Source: the human T2T-CHM13v2.0 reference genome, Homo sapiens
DNA length: 64,000 nt
Reading direction: 5' to 3' (one strand)
Assembly: GCF_009914755.1 (NCBI RefSeq)
Contig: NC_060947.1
The notes under the pieces: model-generated
Told to the model about the DNA's origin: nothing
Databases searched by the model: none
The model's input: only the letters and a program-made list of their open reading frames with translations
Program-made: the position numbers and the translations under genes
Shown here: in pieces, positions 61,939 through 64,000 of the stretch
Position numbering within the stretch: position 1 is the first letter of the stretch
How the letters are laid out: each line of letters starts with the position of its first letter

Positions 61939-62763
61939 TGATGTAATACCTAGCATCTATTCAGAAACTTTTATTCAAGATCTCTTCATATACAAAATGC
62001 TTAGTTTCTTCTGAAGAAATTACTGTAGTCCTCTCAAATCTAACAAATAATGTTGGGAAACACATTGGTTTTTTTAAAGTTTCATGAAAATTGTTTTTGT
62101 CCTGATGCTGTACTTAGGAAGATAGTATCAAGATTTTCTACCTGTAGTTTATTGGTAAAATGCATCATTTACCTTTTCTGTTTATTTTTATATCTCTGCT
62201 TTTGAGTCAAATGTCTTTACGCCTCCTAAGTAGTAAGAAAGATGAAACCTAGGCTGTCCAGCCGTAACATTTCATAGGAGTTTAAGTTAATGTCTTCAAC
62301 TCTGTATTTCACTCCCTTAGACAATAACTGCTATGATGGCATCAAATCTTGTATTCAGACATTAGAAAGAGGAAAATTACCTTTGTGAGCAATTGGCTTA
62401 CATATACATTGTACTGATGGTATTGCCTGCATATTGGGGATATGAAAGGATGTGTCTTATTGTTTTATGCGTTAAGGATATAGGAAAGGCAAGACAGTCT
62501 GATGATACTTTCACCAAAAAATTTTTAATTGGCAGTTTGGGAAAAAATTTTATCATTTTAGTCTTAACAGTCAGCAAGTCGGCTTTTTTTCAATTGTGAA
62601 AAATTCAAAATCTTGGAGAATTTGGGAAAAGCAACTATAATTGTTGGGTTTTATTTTAATTTTCTAGGACTATGTCTTGAATTCAAAGCTGGATTATTTT
62701 CTGCATTCAAACTATTCACTTAATTAACTCAGTGTCTTTATTATTTGCTCAGATTAATTATAG

Positions 62764-63009
<246 letters not shown>

Positions 63010-64000
63010 TAATATAATGCTTCAAGCACCAGTACCTGCCATTCACTAATCCTTAAACCATGTCTATACATTTATTCTGTTCTAATCTGTTTAAAGCAAA
63101 TCAGTAAAGTAAATAGATTCCAACCAATAGACATTTTTCTTGGTAAGTTGGATGCTAATATGTGTTTCCTTTATTATATATTGTTGAACTTCTAACTATT
63201 TTCATTATATCATATTTAACTTTTAGGACTCTAATATTTTCTGCTTTCAAAACACTTGTATTAAATCATAGCCGGGCGCAGTGGCTCACGCCTGTAATCC
63301 CAGCACTTTGGGAGGCTGAGGCGGGCGGATCACTTGAGGTCAGGAGTTCATGACCAACCTGGCCAACATAGTGAAACCCCATCTCTACTAAAAATACAAA
63401 AATTAGCAGGGCATGGTGACGGGTGCCTGTGATTTCAGCTGCTCGGGAGTCTGAGGCAGGAGAATCGCTTGAACCCGGGAGGTGGAGGTTGCAATGAGCC
63501 GAGATCGGGACATGGAAAGAGACTCTGTCTCAAAAAAAAAAAAAAAAAATCAGCATTCAAGGTCAATCATAACCAATTAACTAATTCCAATAATCAAATA
63601 CCCCAATATAATATTATCTTTATGCATGTCTGTAGATATATTATAGTACTTTAAACTTTTATAATTGAAAAAGGGAATATAAGTAATAAGAACCGGTTCT
63701 ACTTTGCATAAGCTTATGTCAGAACAGATAAACAACGATAGTTAACAACTAAATATATAAAAATCAAAGCATAAACATTCTGTATTAATATATTGTTAGC
63801 CCAACACAGACATGCAATAAGGAAAGATTACAAGAAATAAGAAGGAACTTGGCAAACAAAAAACCCCATCTGGGATTTAGAAAAAATTCCCTTACTTCTT
63901 AAAAATTCCCTTAATACTTAAACAGTTCTAGTGGAATCAGTGTTGGCATGTCTGATTCTATCTGGGGTAGAGTTATTTTATGTATTTTATGTGGCAGCCA

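Overview
Primate, almost certainly human, genomic DNA from the X-linked MBTPS2/YY2 locus. Bases 1-32.7 kb are intergenic and repeat-dense: Alus, solo ERV LTRs (MER11, two MER4-group), MaLR LTRs, MER6A, L1 fragments and a tailless U2 retrocopy. A CpG-island promoter at ~32.75-33.4 kb drives MBTPS2 (site-2 protease) on the + strand. Coding exons 1-7 can be placed exactly, with GT-AG boundaries and consistent phases, and the gene continues past the window end. The intronless YY1-derived retrogene YY2 (49786-50904, +) is nested in sense orientation in the 15-kb intron 5. The most notable structure is around YY2. An acceptor 2 nt before its ATG would join MBTPS2 exon 5 in frame to YY2, giving a 596-aa membrane-anchored zinc-finger chimera. 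It is preceded by a 7-copy 19-bp minisatellite in which every unit is a 3' splice-site mimic, and YY2 is followed by a 1.2-kb tandem duplication that doubles its poly(A) region and shows patchy, conversion-like identity. Other oddities are a nested 112-bp fold-back palindrome (27409-27520), an Alu with a triplicated left arm, a two-subfamily Alu chimera inside one TSD pair, and an abutting inverted Alu pair. Repeat-family names come from recalled consensus ends, not a database search, and most repeat boundaries are approximate.
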